DNA of 64,000 nt from Nitrosopumilus sp. (GTDB lineage: Archaea; Thermoproteota; Nitrososphaeria; Nitrososphaerales; Nitrosopumilaceae). Numbering within the stretch: position 1 is the first letter of the stretch; each line of letters opens with the position of its first letter. The position numbers and the translations under genes are program-made. The stretch lies in NCBI GenBank assembly GCA_965204345.1, contig OZ241981.1, forward strand, positions 1,408,001 through 1,472,000, given 5' to 3'. Of this stretch, positions 44,801 through 55,692 are shown piece by piece. Below the pieces are notes generated by a model. That model was not told where the DNA came from. It made no database searches and saw only the letters and a program-made list of their open reading frames with translations.

Positions 44801-46897
44801 ATGGCAGAATCTCCGATCTTATCTCCAAAATCAATTGCAGTAATTGGTGCGTCTGATAAGAGGGGCAGTGTTGGTGCCACAATTACATCAAATATTATGA
44901 ACGGATTCAAAGGAACAGTCTACCCAATCAGTCCATCAAGAGACAAGGTCTTTTACAAAAAGGCATACAAGTCTGTTTTGGATGTTCCAAAATCAATTGA
45001 TCTTGCAGTTATCGTCATCAAAAACACCCTAGTTGCACCTGTACTAGAAGAGTGCGGAAAGAAAAAGATCAAGGGTGTCATCATAATCACAGCTGGTTTT
45101 AAGGAAGTTGATGAGGAAGGGGCCAAACGGGAACAGCAAATAAAGGATATTGCCAAAAAATACAGCATCCAAGTTATTGGGCCAAATTGTCTTGGTGTCA
45201 TGAATCTTGATCCAAAAACAATGATGAATTCTACGTTCCTTAAGGTCACACCAAAGTCTGGAAAGATTGCACTCGTTTCCCAAAGCGGTGCCATATGTGC
45301 TGCATTGGTAGAGGATGCAAGTGCGCAAGGAATTGGCTTTTCAGCCGTTGTTAGTTTAGGAAACAAAGCCGTAATGAGCGAAGTAGACATTCTAAAAATT
45401 CTTGCAAATCACAAGCAGACCAGAGTCATTGTAATGTATCTTGAAGATATGGGGAATGGCCAAGAATTTCTTAAGGTTTGCAAAAACATTACTAAAAAGC
45501 TCAAAAAACCAGTATTGGTTCTCAAATCTGGACGCAGTCCGGAGGGTGCAAAGGCTGCAATGTCCCATACTGGTGCATTGATGGGCTCAGATGAAATCTA
45601 TGATGCACTACTCAAACAGTCCGGTGCAATCAGAGTTGATACGATGGAGGAACTGTTTGACTATGCAACTGCATTTTCAAAACAGCCACTTCCGTCAAAA
45701 GGCCAACTTGTAATTGTTTCAAATGCAGGCGGACCTGCAATTATCTCAACTGATGCATGCTCCAAAATGAAAATTAAGATGGCAGATATTACAAGTGTAA
45801 GAAAAAAGATTGATGCGGTAATTCCTCCTTGGGGAAGCTCTGGAAATCCTGTTGATATTGTAGGTGATGCTGATTTTAACAGATTCCACAATGTGCTGGA
45901 TAGGGTTCTTGCACATCCCAAGGTCGGCTCTGTGATTTCAATGTGTACACCATCTGGAACACTGGACTATGACAAACTGGCCGAAGTCATCGTTTCAATG
46001 TCAAAGAAATACAAAAAAACAATGCTTGCAAGTCTAATGGGGTTAGATGAGGGTATTACAAACAGAGAAATCCTGGCAAGGGGCAACGTTCCATATTACA
46101 CGTATGCAGAAGGCGCAATACGAACGCTTGCTGCAATGATCAAATTTTCAAACTGGACCAAAGCACCAAATGGCAAAATTACAAAATTCAAAGTAGACAA
46201 GACAAAAGCTCAAAAGATATTTGATAAAGTAAAAGGTGAAAAACGACCAAATCTTCTAGAAGAGGAAGGACAACAAGTTCTCAAAGCTTATGGATTGCCA
46301 CTACCAAAAAGTGCTCTAGCTACATCAGAGGCAGAAGCTGTAAAAATTGCAAAAAAGATTGGCTATCCTGTTGTAATGAAGATTGCATCCCCACAAATTA
46401 TCCACAAGTCTGATGCAGGTGGTGTTAAAGTTAATTTGACAAACGATGCTGAAATCAAATCTGCATTTAAAACAATAATCAAAAACGCAAAAAGCTACAA
46501 CAACAAAGCCAAAATCAAGGGAGTCTTGATTGTAGAGATGGTAAAAGGCGGCAAAGAGCTCATCATAGGCTCAAAACTCGAGCCTGGATTTGGTCCTGTT
46601 ATCATGCTTGGAATGGGCGGAATCTATGTTGAGGTTCTCAAAGATGTAACCTTCAAGCTTGCACCGGTAACTGATAGGGAATCTGATGATATGATCGCAT
46701 CAATTAAAACTCAAAAATTACTGCAAGGAGTTAGGGGTGAGAAGCCATCTGATATTGCAAAACTGTCTGAATGTATTCAGAGACTATCTCAACTGGTCTC
46801 TGATTTCAAAGAGATCAAAGAATTGGATATGAATCCAGTGTTGGTCATGGAGAAAGGAAAAGGCTGCAGAATTCTTGATGTCAGAATTGGACTCTGA
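44801..46897 (+). CDS. ADP-forming acyl-CoA synthetase, likely 4-hydroxybutyrate--CoA ligase of the 3HP/4HB cycle
   Basis: PKSIAVIGAS, GPNCLG, SQSGA, SHTGAL, HKSDAGGV ATP-grasp; directly upstream of the 4HB-CoA dehydratase as in Nitrosopumilus. Confidence 0.85.
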   Translation: MAESPILSPKSIAVIGASDKRGSVGATITSNIMNGFKGTVYPISPSRDKVFYKKAYKSVLDVPKSIDLAVIVIKNTLVAPVLEECGKKKIKGVIIITAGFKEVDEEGAKREQQIKDIAKKYSIQVIGPNCLGVMNLDPKTMMNSTFLKVTPKSGKIALVSQSGAICAALVEDASAQGIGFSAVVSLGNKAVMSEVDILKILANHKQTRVIVMYLEDMGNGQEFLKVCKNITKKLKKPVLVLKSGRSPEGAKAAMSHTGALMGSDEIYDALLKQSGAIRVDTMEELFDYATAFSKQPLPSKGQLVIVSNAGGPAIISTDACSKMKIKMADITSVRKKIDAVIPPWGSSGNPVDIVGDADFNRFHNVLDRVLAHPKVGSVISMCTPSGTLDYDKLAEVIVSMSKKYKKTMLASLMGLDEGITNREILARGNVPYYTYAEGAIRTLAAMIKFSNWTKAPNGKITKFKVDKTKAQKIFDKVKGEKRPNLLEEEGQQVLKAYGLPLPKSALATSEAEAVKIAKKIGYPVVMKIASPQIIHKSDAGGVKVNLTNDAEIKSAFKTIIKNAKSYNNKAKIKGVLIVEMVKGGKELIIGSKLEPGFGPVIMLGMGGIYVEVLKDVTFKLAPVTDRESDDMIASIKTQKLLQGVRGEKPSDIAKLSECIQRLSQLVSDFKEIKELDMNPVLVMEKGKGCRILDVRIGL

Positions 46898-46969
46898 TTA
46901 CGATTCCTTCCTAAGTTTTCGACATTACTAATCTAGAATATTTATACAACGTCAGAATAATAGTATTAC

Positions 46970-48496
46970 ATGGCTAATGTCTTAAAGACAATTAGAACAG
47001 GTGATGATTACATTGAAAGTCTTAGGGGACGGGATCTAAAAATTTACCTCTTTGGGGAGCTGGTAAAAGAACCAGTTGATCATCCAATGATTAGGCCATC
47101 AATTAATGCAGTTGCAGAGACTTATGACCTTGCAGTACGTGAAGAATCATTGGCATCTGCTGACTCCTCAATTACCGGATTAAAGGTTAACAGATTTTTA
47201 CACATTGCAGAAAGTGCAGAAGATTTAGTCTTACAAAATAAAATGCAACGAAAGTTAGGACAAAACACGGGAACCTGTTTCCAAAGATGTGTTGGCATGG
47301 ACGCAATGAATTCTTTGCATTCTACAACATTTGAAATTGATGAAAAGCACGGAACTGATTATCACAGACGATTCTTGGAATTTGTAAAGATGGTTCAGCA
47401 AGAAAATCTTGTAATTGGAGGTGCCATGACTGATCCTAAGGGAGATAGAAGCAAGGGCCCTGCTGAACAAGATGACCCTGATTTGTTTACAAGAATAGTT
47501 GAAACTGACGATAGGGGTGTCTATGTGTCAGGCGCAAAAGCCCACCAAACCGGCTGTATAAACTCGCACTGGATTATCTTAATGCCAACTATTAGACTAA
47601 CAGAATCCGATAAAGACTGGGCAATTGTCGGGGCAATTCCCGCAGATGCAAAAGGTGTCACTTACATTTACGGTAGACAATCCTGTGATACGCGAAGTAT
47701 GGAGGAGGGCGATATCGATGATGGCAATGCAAAATTTGGAGGACAAGAGGCACTAATCATTTTAGACAGGGTGTTCATTCCCTGGGACAAGGTCTTCATG
47801 CATGGAGAATATGAGTTTGCATCCATGCTTGTAGAGAGGTTCACATGTTATCATAGGCGCAGTTATGTATGCAAAACAGGTCTTGGCGATGTGTTAATTG
47901 GGGCAGCTGCAACTATTGCAGATTACAATGGCGTACCAAAAGTATCTCACATTAAGGATAAAATTATTGAGATGACTCATCTTAATGAGACAATTTTTGC
48001 TGCAGGCATTGCATCATCTCATCAAGGTCAGAAAATGAAATCAGGCGTGTTCCTAAATGATGACATGCTTGCTCAGGTTTGCAAACACAATGTAACTCGG
48101 TTCCCCTATGAGATTAGTAGATTGGCTCAAGATATTGCAGGTGGTCTGGTAGTTACATTGCCGTCTGAAAAAGACTTTAGGCATCCAGAGGCAGGACCGC
48201 TACTCAAAAAGTATCTTGCAGGACGAAAAGGGACTGATGTTGAAAATAGGATGAGAATCTTACGGTTAATTGAAAATATGACTTTGGGTAGAAATGCAGT
48301 TGGATATCTTACTGAATCTATGCATGGAGCAGGTTCCCCACAAGCACAAAGAATTCAAATCCAGAGACAGATGCAAGTAGGCTACAAAAAGAATCTAGCA
48401 AAGAATCTAGCCGGTATTACAAATGATGTTGAAGAGCCACTAGAACCCTCTGATTACTTTAAACGAGTTTTCAAAACAAAGGATTCCGTTCTTTAG
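46970..48496 (+). CDS. hcd: 4-hydroxybutyryl-CoA dehydratase / vinylacetyl-CoA isomerase
   Basis: CFQRCVGMDA, GAMTDPKGDRS, YHRRSYVCK, HGAGSPQAQ. Confidence 0.95.
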   Translation: MANVLKTIRTGDDYIESLRGRDLKIYLFGELVKEPVDHPMIRPSINAVAETYDLAVREESLASADSSITGLKVNRFLHIAESAEDLVLQNKMQRKLGQNTGTCFQRCVGMDAMNSLHSTTFEIDEKHGTDYHRRFLEFVKMVQQENLVIGGAMTDPKGDRSKGPAEQDDPDLFTRIVETDDRGVYVSGAKAHQTGCINSHWIILMPTIRLTESDKDWAIVGAIPADAKGVTYIYGRQSCDTRSMEEGDIDDGNAKFGGQEALIILDRVFIPWDKVFMHGEYEFASMLVERFTCYHRRSYVCKTGLGDVLIGAAATIADYNGVPKVSHIKDKIIEMTHLNETIFAAGIASSHQGQKMKSGVFLNDDMLAQVCKHNVTRFPYEISRLAQDIAGGLVVTLPSEKDFRHPEAGPLLKKYLAGRKGTDVENRMRILRLIENMTLGRNAVGYLTESMHGAGSPQAQRIQIQRQMQVGYKKNLAKNLAGITNDVEEPLEPSDYFKRVFKTKDSVL

Positions 48497-48725
48497 AATT
48501 AATCTTTGGCTTTTCTCTGATTTTGTAATATGAGTTTATTACTGTAATCTTGATGTAGTAGAGTCTGTTATTTTTGAACTGACAGGTCTTCATATTGAAA
48601 ATAGTTCCGGCATTGGAATTCTTTTCAGAAGATCCGTTTGTAGATCCAATCAAGGGAGAATTATTGCAAAATGTAAAACAATACCCCCCTACCTGACTTG
48701 TTTGCCTAATTTTTTGTCGATTTTT

Positions 48726-50159
48726 TTACTCTTTATCCTTTTCAGATCTTACATCCGTACTGTCATCTTCAATGGGCTCTTCTGTTTCTTGCATCTCTTT
48801 TTTAATCCCTTCAGACTTCTTGCCTGCTGATTCATCTAACTGATCCAAATCTTCGGATTTAGGCATGTGTTCAGAGTATTCTGAATCCTTTTCCATCTTC
48901 CCAATACCTGATAATTCCTCACTTGGTTCAGAGTATTCTGAATCCTTTTCCATCTTCCCAATACCTGATAATTCCTCACTTGGTTCAGAGTATTCTGAAT
49001 CCTTTTCCATCTTCCCAATACCTGATAATTCCTCACTTGGTTCAGAGTATTCTGAATCCTTTTCCATCTTCCCAATACCTGATAATTCCTCACTTGGTTC
49101 AGAGTATTCTGAATCCTTTTCCATCTTCCCAATACCTGATAATTCCTCACTTGGTTCAGAGTATTCTGAATCCTTTTCCATCTTCCCAATACCTGATAAT
49201 TCCTCACTTGGTTCAGAGTATTCTGAATCCTTTTCCATCTTCCCAATACCTGATAATTCCTCACTTGGTTCAGAGTATTCTGAATCCTTTTCCATCTTCC
49301 CAATACCTGATAATTCCTCACTTGGTTCAGAGTATTCTGAATCCTTTTCCATCTTCCCAATACCTGATAATTCCTCACTTGGTTCAGAGTATTCTGAATC
49401 CTTTTCCATCTTCCCAATACCTGATAATTCCTCACTTGGTTCAGAGTATTCTGAATCCTTTTCCATCTTCCCAATACCTGATAATTCCTCACTTGGTTCA
49501 GAGTATTCTGAATCCTTTTCCATCTTCCCAATACCTGATAATTCCTCACTTGGTTCAGAGTATTCTGAATCCTTTTCCATCTTCCCAATACCTGATAATT
49601 CCTCACTTGGTTCAGAGTATTCTAAATTATCCTGCAATGGATCTGAAAGTACTGTTTCTTTTTTCCTTTTTGCAAACTGTTTAGCAATCATAATTCCGAT
49701 GACTACAGCAATTATGATGTAATTGATTGGCGGTTTTATTATCTGAGTAACATATCCTATCTGTGGAAGTATATATTCTACTTTTCCTATGTATTCTTCT
49801 TCTGTAATTGGAAAATCAGTGCCTGGAATTGATCCTGGATTTGCGTCTCCTTGTGTTTTTACCGTCTTTGGATCGTGTGATTGAATTTCTACTACTCTGT
49901 GTACAATTACTCTGTCATGGTCCGATGGCCGATTAAACACAATGATATCCCCAATCGCGATATCCTCAAACGGTTCGTTACCTTGAACTATCAGAATGTC
50001 ATATACTTGTAAAACTGGAACCATACTCCCACTTGCAACAACATAAAATGGATTCTGCGTTCCAAATGCTACTTGCAGGCCTATCCAAATCACCAAAACT
50101 CCAACACCGACAATTATGATGTCTTTTACTATTCCTTTTGAGATTGATATTTTTGTCAA
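48726..50159 (-). CDS. Signal peptidase I (Sec11/S26B) with expanded acidic C-terminal repeat tail
   Basis: VVASGSM.P, GDIIVF, IVHRV, TQGDAN. Confidence 0.88.
   Translation of the reverse strand: MTKISISKGIVKDIIIVGVGVLVIWIGLQVAFGTQNPFYVVASGSMVPVLQVYDILIVQGNEPFEDIAIGDIIVFNRPSDHDRVIVHRVVEIQSHDPKTVKTQGDANPGSIPGTDFPITEEEYIGKVEYILPQIGYVTQIIKPPINYIIIAVVIGIMIAKQFAKRKKETVLSDPLQDNLEYSEPSEELSGIGKMEKDSEYSEPSEELSGIGKMEKDSEYSEPSEELSGIGKMEKDSEYSEPSEELSGIGKMEKDSEYSEPSEELSGIGKMEKDSEYSEPSEELSGIGKMEKDSEYSEPSEELSGIGKMEKDSEYSEPSEELSGIGKMEKDSEYSEPSEELSGIGKMEKDSEYSEPSEELSGIGKMEKDSEYSEPSEELSGIGKMEKDSEYSEPSEELSGIGKMEKDSEYSEPSEELSGIGKMEKDSEYSEHMPKSEDLDQLDESAGKKSEGIKKEMQETEEPIEDDSTDVRSEKDKE
48869..49623. repeat. 13 perfect tandem copies of a 57-bp (19-aa) unit
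   Basis: GTTCAGAG at 48869 and 49610 = 13 x 57; SEYSEPSEELSGIGKMEKD. Confidence 0.95.
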
Positions 50160-50197
50160 TTGTATTATCGCCTATACTGTAATTGATTACTTTTTCA

Positions 50198-50941
50198 TTA
50201 GATTTTTGTTCCACACTCTTCGCAGAATTTAGAGCCCTCTTTGTTTACAAATCCACAGCTAGAGCATCTTCCTGGCGTGGATGCCTCTTCTGGCTTGCCT
50301 AAGAGAACTACCTCCCCTATTTTCTTAATGCTATTCCATGATATGCTGCCTTCAGTACCATCTTCTTTTGTAATTACCAAAACCATAGTCTGTGCAGAGT
50401 CAATCCCTACTTGTTTTGCAGTTCCGACTTTGTTTGCATTTTCATCAAACACTATTTTTCCCTCAATTGATGTAACAGACGTTGCCGGACCTGGTCTTGT
50501 AGATGACTCTTGTGGAGTCTGTACTGCAGGTTCTGTATCTTGTTGTGGCGTGGATTCTGTCTGTGGAGCAGTTTGCGTCTGAGGCTCTAATGGCTTTGCA
50601 CTCCCTACTTCTTCTGCCTCATCTTGCTTTTTAAATTCCCTATATTCTGCTATGGTTGAATTACATGAATTACAATTGTACTGTCCTCGTTCTGCAAGAA
50701 CCAGGTTTTCTGCGACTTCCTCATTTGGATTCTCAAATTCTATTTTTGGAGAACCGTCAAATTCCTTCTCACAGGTATTGCAAAAATGTTTAGTAATTTT
50801 TTCTGCATCCAATCTTCCAATTGGTGCCAAAAACAGATCAGGACCTCCTAGATTACCCTTCATTTGCTGCTCATCAGTTACTGAAGCCATAACGTAACCT
50901 CCAGATCCTCTTAATTTTTTAAGTCTCAGTTCCGAACTCAT
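50198..50941 (-). CDS. Zinc-ribbon / PRC-barrel-like protein
   Basis: CxxC pairs, C-terminal SKFCEECGTK. Confidence 0.75.
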   Translation of the reverse strand: MSSELRLKKLRGSGGYVMASVTDEQQMKGNLGGPDLFLAPIGRLDAEKITKHFCNTCEKEFDGSPKIEFENPNEEVAENLVLAERGQYNCNSCNSTIAEYREFKKQDEAEEVGSAKPLEPQTQTAPQTESTPQQDTEPAVQTPQESSTRPGPATSVTSIEGKIVFDENANKVGTAKQVGIDSAQTMVLVITKEDGTEGSISWNSIKKIGEVVLLGKPEEASTPGRCSSCGFVNKEGSKFCEECGTKI

Positions 50942-51056
50942 ATCTGGGCTTTAGCAAAACGTCATTTAAGTATATATCAAAATTAATTTTACAACAAAAA
51001 ATATGGTGATAGTTCTGGTGAACGTTTTTAGGTACGGTCAATAAAATAATGTTACA

Positions 51057-51383
51057 ATGGCTGTTACACAAATTTCAGACGCAAAATCATGGGAAATAGA
51101 TGTAATCAATTCTGATATTCCTGTATTTGTGGACTTTTGGGCCGAATGGTGTGGTCCGTGTAGGATGGTAGGTCCGGTAGTTGAAGAACTTGCAGCTGAC
51201 TATGATGGCAAAGTAAAATTTGTCAAGGTTAATGTTGATGAGGCCAATGAATTGGCATCAAAATATAATGTATTTAGCATTCCAACTTTAATCCTACTTA
51301 ACAAGGGTGAGATAGTTAGCCAACAAGTAGGTGCAGCTTCTAAAGAATCATACCAAGGTATGATTGATAGAGCACTTGCATAA
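51057..51383 (+). CDS. trxA: Thioredoxin
   Basis: DFWAEWCGPC, SIPT. Confidence 0.95.
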   Translation: MAVTQISDAKSWEIDVINSDIPVFVDFWAEWCGPCRMVGPVVEELAADYDGKVKFVKVNVDEANELASKYNVFSIPTLILLNKGEIVSQQVGAASKESYQGMIDRALA

Positions 51384-51573
51384 CTGACTTACATACACAC
51401 ACGTTTTTCTCTTTTTTGATTTTTATTGTGATGGCAAAAACTAACTAAATGCTTGTTTTTTAATCTGGGCATATGCTATAAAGGAAAGTGTACTGGATGT
51501 GAGAGTAACTGACCTAATCATAAACTCTAATCTGATCCTAAAGTAATTAATATTACAAAAATTGAGTGGGATT

Positions 51574-52107
51574 ATGTCATTTGGTGAAGTGGATACGCTT
51601 GGTATGTTATTTGACAAACTGCAGAGTCTGTTTGACGAGTCTCAAGGATACTATGAGTCATTCCTAGATACTAACAACATGTACAAGAAAGGCCAAATTG
51701 GCGATAAAGAATTCTTTCAAAAATTAGGTGATTATACAGTTGCATATTCTGCATTAGAATTTCTGGCCATCAAAGTACTTTTTGAATTAAAAAAATCTGT
51801 AGATGGTGGAACTGGAAATACACAATCGCCTGGTTTGATGCCAGGTATGGGTCAGCCAGGAATGATGCCAGGTGGTATGGGTCAGCCTCCACGAGCAGGA
51901 ACTGCACAAAATCCTGTGGGTGGCGGACCTCCCGGAATTGTATCAGCTCAGGAAGCATTTGGAGATGTCGGAACTTTGCCGTCACCAGATCCTGCATTGA
52001 TGCCAAGACAAGCAGCACAACCACAATCTGGCAATGGATGTTCTTCTTGTGGTGCATCACTTAGACCAAATGCAAAATTTTGTACAAAGTGTGGCTCCAA
52101 AGCCTAA
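51574..52107 (+). CDS. Zinc-ribbon domain protein
   Basis: CSSCG...AKFCTKCG; P/G/M-rich linker. Confidence 0.75.
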   Translation: MSFGEVDTLGMLFDKLQSLFDESQGYYESFLDTNNMYKKGQIGDKEFFQKLGDYTVAYSALEFLAIKVLFELKKSVDGGTGNTQSPGLMPGMGQPGMMPGGMGQPPRAGTAQNPVGGGPPGIVSAQEAFGDVGTLPSPDPALMPRQAAQPQSGNGCSSCGASLRPNAKFCTKCGSKA

Positions 52108-52132
52108 AACCAATTAAACAAAACCTGTTTTC

Positions 52133-52510
52133 TTATTCTTGTGTTGTTCCACATTCAGGACAGAACTTTGCAGTAGCTGATAAACTAGTTCCACATTCAG
52201 AACAAAAGTTTCCATTTGGAATTTGCTCATTGTATGCATTTCCAACGTTTGCTGAGCTTTTTACTGCTCCTGATGGTACGTATGTATCATCATCAATTAA
52301 TACAGGTTCAAAGTCTTGTTCTGTCAAAAATGTCATCATTCTTGGAATTCCTTTGCCATCATTTTTTGGATCTGGTACCGAATCACCCAGCCAGAATGCA
52401 AATCTCATCAGGGTCAACTCCGGAGTAGAGAATGCCAGTGTATGTTTTGACATGTACTCTTGTGCCGCTTTTTTGCCGTCAAACACTTCCATGAGGATGG
52501 TATTTTTCAT
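52133..52510 (-). CDS. Zinc-ribbon domain protein
   Basis: FCSECG...AKFCPECG. Confidence 0.75.
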   Translation of the reverse strand: MKNTILMEVFDGKKAAQEYMSKHTLAFSTPELTLMRFAFWLGDSVPDPKNDGKGIPRMMTFLTEQDFEPVLIDDDTYVPSGAVKSSANVGNAYNEQIPNGNFCSECGTSLSATAKFCPECGTTQE

Positions 52511-52535
52511 TTATGTATAATAGTTTATGCGAAAG

Positions 52536-52607
52536 TGGACCGGGAGGGAATCGAACCCTCGACATCCTCGTTGCGAACGAGGCATTATGCCCCTAAACCA
52601 CCGGCCC
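52536..52607 (-). tRNA. tRNA-Ala (CGC)
   Basis: GGGCCGG/CCGGTCC acceptor stem with G3:U70, CCTCG-TTCGCAA-CGAGG anticodon arm, GGTTCGATTCC T-arm. Confidence 0.93.
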
Positions 52608-52681
52608 CCAAATTACCTCTTTGGGTTGTTCTTTTATTCATTTTCTCAACGCATAATAGCCTCAATCAGCATGATTTCCAT

Positions 52682-54073
52682 ATGACCTATGACACTGTAA
52701 TTGCTGATTCACACGTTATTTTACCCATGGGAATGGTTGAAAAAAATATCATAATTGATGAGGGAAAAATTGTGGGACTCTCCTCTGATGTCCCTGCATG
52801 TGAGAATAAAATTAATGGTCTTGGCCTAGTTTCAGTTCCAGGACCAATTGACACTCATGTTCATTATGGGGTTTACTCTCCAATTAATCAAGCCGCAAAA
52901 ACTGAATCTCATGCTGCGGCAATCGGTGGAATTACCACAATGATGCGAATGCTCAGATTAGGCGATCCATTCTCTAATTCTTTGCAAGCTCAGATAGATT
53001 CTTCATCTGAAAATCATTATGTCGATTACGCAATGCATGCCTCAATTTTTACACCGCAGCAAATCAGTGAGATGGATCTCTGTGTGGAAAAAGGGATTAC
53101 TTCGTTTAAAATTTACATGAATCTTGGCGGCGATGTCGGTCATGTGTATATGGATATGCCGCCAAATTCACCAAGTCTTATTGCAGCCCAAGTGGATGTC
53201 ACTGATGAAATAGTTGAACAAACGGTAAAGACTGCTGCAAAACTTGGATGCCCCGTACTAGTTCATGCTGAGGATTATGAGTCATGCGGATGTGGAATTA
53301 AGACTGCAAAAGAAAAAAAACAGGATGGACTTTCTGCATGGTCTTCTAGTCGTTCCCCAGAGTCCGAGGCTAAAGCAATAAAAACTGTATCCCAATTTGG
53401 TAGGGATTATGGCTGTGTGATTTATTTTGTACATATTGGTTCTCAACGTGCGCTAAAACAAATTGAAGAGGAGAAAAAACTTGGAACAAGAATCTTTGTA
53501 GAAACATGCCCGCACTATCTAACATTATCTTATGAGAGGCAATCCGGATATCTTGCCAAAGTAATGCCTCCTATTAGAACTGAAAATGATCGTAAAGCTG
53601 TTTGGAATGCTCTATCAAATAATTTCATTGATACGATAGGAACTGATCATGTTGCAAACCAACTCAAACTAAAACTTGAAGGAGACGATGTGTGGAGTGC
53701 ACTTGCAGGCTTTCCTGGGATTGGAACTGTTATCCCAATCTTACTTAATGATGGTGTGAATCAACACAAAATCACACTAGAACAGTTTGTCCATTTTACC
53801 AGTCATAATGCTGCCCGAATCTTTGGAATGTACCCTCAAAAGGGCACTCTTGAAAGAGGCTCTGATGCTGATGTTCTCCTCATAGACTTGAAAAAAGAAA
53901 AAAAAGTGACATCTGAACTGTTTGGCGGCTTTTCTGACTATATTGTATATGAAGGAAGAAGTCTGACCGGATGGCCTATCAAAACAATAGTTCGGGGAGA
54001 ACTAGTTGCTGATAACTTTGAGGTGGTTGGGAAATTAGGTCATGGCAAACTAGTTAAAAGAAAGGTCAGCTAG
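52682..54073 (+). CDS. Dihydroorotase/allantoinase-family amidohydrolase
   Basis: IDTHVH, GGITT, SFKIYM, VHAED, ETCPHYL, PPIR, GTDH; start ATG 52682 (the longer ORF overlaps the tRNA). Confidence 0.88.
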   Translation: MTYDTVIADSHVILPMGMVEKNIIIDEGKIVGLSSDVPACENKINGLGLVSVPGPIDTHVHYGVYSPINQAAKTESHAAAIGGITTMMRMLRLGDPFSNSLQAQIDSSSENHYVDYAMHASIFTPQQISEMDLCVEKGITSFKIYMNLGGDVGHVYMDMPPNSPSLIAAQVDVTDEIVEQTVKTAAKLGCPVLVHAEDYESCGCGIKTAKEKKQDGLSAWSSSRSPESEAKAIKTVSQFGRDYGCVIYFVHIGSQRALKQIEEEKKLGTRIFVETCPHYLTLSYERQSGYLAKVMPPIRTENDRKAVWNALSNNFIDTIGTDHVANQLKLKLEGDDVWSALAGFPGIGTVIPILLNDGVNQHKITLEQFVHFTSHNAARIFGMYPQKGTLERGSDADVLLIDLKKEKKVTSELFGGFSDYIVYEGRSLTGWPIKTIVRGELVADNFEVVGKLGHGKLVKRKVS

Positions 54074-54075
54074 TT

Positions 54076-54750
54076 TTAGACGATATCGTACTTGCCGTTT
54101 TCTTTAGCCCTGTAAATCACATCTGGTTTTTTAAGAAATATTCCTGATTCTAAAACTCCTGCTGTCTGTTTGATTTTTTGAGCTAGTGCTTTGGGATTTT
54201 TTATTATTCCAAAGTCACAATCCAAAATAATATTTCCATTTTCTGTAAAGAATGGATAGCCCCTATCCAATGAACGCACTTGTGCGATTCCACCCATCTT
54301 TTTTATTGATTTTGTAACTGAATTTCTTGCTAGTGGGTGGATTTCCACAGGAACTGTTCTATTGAAATTTTTTACAAACTTTGTCTTGTCTGCCATTACC
54401 ACAACTTTTTTTGCAAGACTAAACAGGATGTTTTCTCGCAATAATGCTCCTCCCCCTCCCTTGATTACATATTTTTGTGAATCAATCTGATCTGCACCAT
54501 CAAAAACAATGTCGATGTATTCTACTTGATCAGCCTCTACTAGTGGGATTCCTCCTTTTTCTGCAATTAATTTAATTTGTAATGATGTTGGAACTCCTTT
54601 AACATTGTATCCTTTGAGTTTGATTAGCTTTGAAAGTGACTTAACAAGCGCAGTTGCGGCTCGCCCGCTTCCCAACCCAATAACATAACCGTCTTTTACA
54701 AATTTTAATGCATCATTTGATAATGCCTTGATGGCATCATCGTATGTCAA
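54076..54750 (-). CDS. rpiA: Ribose-5-phosphate isomerase A
   Basis: IGLGSG, VPTS, DGADQ, IKGGGGALLRE, TENGN.ILD. Confidence 0.95.
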   Translation of the reverse strand: MTYDDAIKALSNDALKFVKDGYVIGLGSGRAATALVKSLSKLIKLKGYNVKGVPTSLQIKLIAEKGGIPLVEADQVEYIDIVFDGADQIDSQKYVIKGGGGALLRENILFSLAKKVVVMADKTKFVKNFNRTVPVEIHPLARNSVTKSIKKMGGIAQVRSLDRGYPFFTENGNIILDCDFGIIKNPKALAQKIKQTAGVLESGIFLKKPDVIYRAKENGKYDIV

Positions 54751-55692
54751 TTATTCTACCTCTGCTTGATCAATCTTTGACAATACTTTCATGATATCGC
54801 CCTTAATTTTATCCAAATCATCTGCATCATCATCATCATCAAAGTCATCATCTAATGTCGCTGATCTTTCTTTTATTGGTCCTGGCAGCGCCTTGTGTGC
54901 TGTAATTTTTGCAACTTCTTTATTGATATCTGGTCTTGTCTGAAGATTGATTTCAGAACTTTCTGCTACTGCTACTGACTGAACAATCCCAATTTTATCC
55001 TCAACTTTTGGTTTTGGCCGTCTAGTCTCTTGTACTATCTCTTCTTTTGGCTGTGACGCTGGTTTTCTGATTTGTTTTACTTGTTCTCCTTCAAATAACG
55101 GGAATTTCGGCTCTTTTCTTGAAATATTTGTTAACGTAGTCAATTCAAATGACTGTCTTGGTTTTGTTGGAGGAATCTCCACTGGGTTTATCTTGCTCCC
55201 TACAGGTTTCTCAAAGTCGAATACTTTGGGATGTTTTGGTTTTGACTCTTGTTTGGTTTCAGGCCTTGTTTTGGTCTGTGTTTGAACTTTTGGACTAGAT
55301 ATTTTTGATGAGAGTTCGTAGAGTCTATCGTCCAATTTTGATAATTTTTGATCCATCAATGTTATCAAGCCATCTCCTACCGGGCCCAAGTCCGGATGGC
55401 TACTTGCCTGTTCAAGTTTTTCTAGCTTGGCTAAAACAATTCCCAACTGATGCTGGTATTTTAATAACAATTTACCCTTTTGAACTTTGGAAAATTCAGA
55501 TTCTGCTTGATATAGCCTTGAAATAGTCTTGGTAAGAATGTCTTTTTCAATTCTTAATGAATTGATTTGGGTTTTAATGTGTGAACTTGCGCCAAGACTA
55601 AGCAATTGGTTTTTTTCTTTTGGCATTTTTCTTACAGCTGCTGCTGTGGCAACACCTGCTAATGAACTAAGAATTAAAACAATTTCTTGCAT
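54751..55692 (-). CDS. Conserved thaumarchaeal coiled-coil protein
   Basis: N-terminal hydrophobic anchor, coiled coil, ends LSKIDQAEVE. Confidence 0.7.
   Translation of the reverse strand: MQEIVLILSSLAGVATAAAVRKMPKEKNQLLSLGASSHIKTQINSLRIEKDILTKTISRLYQAESEFSKVQKGKLLLKYQHQLGIVLAKLEKLEQASSHPDLGPVGDGLITLMDQKLSKLDDRLYELSSKISSPKVQTQTKTRPETKQESKPKHPKVFDFEKPVGSKINPVEIPPTKPRQSFELTTLTNISRKEPKFPLFEGEQVKQIRKPASQPKEEIVQETRRPKPKVEDKIGIVQSVAVAESSEINLQTRPDINKEVAKITAHKALPGPIKERSATLDDDFDDDDDADDLDKIKGDIMKVLSKIDQAEVE

Noticed and set aside
48869-49623. 57-bp array as a CRISPR array
   Set aside because: Units are fully identical with no spacers and lie in frame within the signal peptidase gene.
48836-49722. 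Alternative-frame repeat ORFs (256, 285 and 253 aa)
   Set aside because: Shadows of a stop-poor tandem repeat.
52460-52681. N-terminal extension of the amidohydrolase ORF
   Set aside because: Overlaps tRNA-Ala and another gene; homology starts at ATG 52682.
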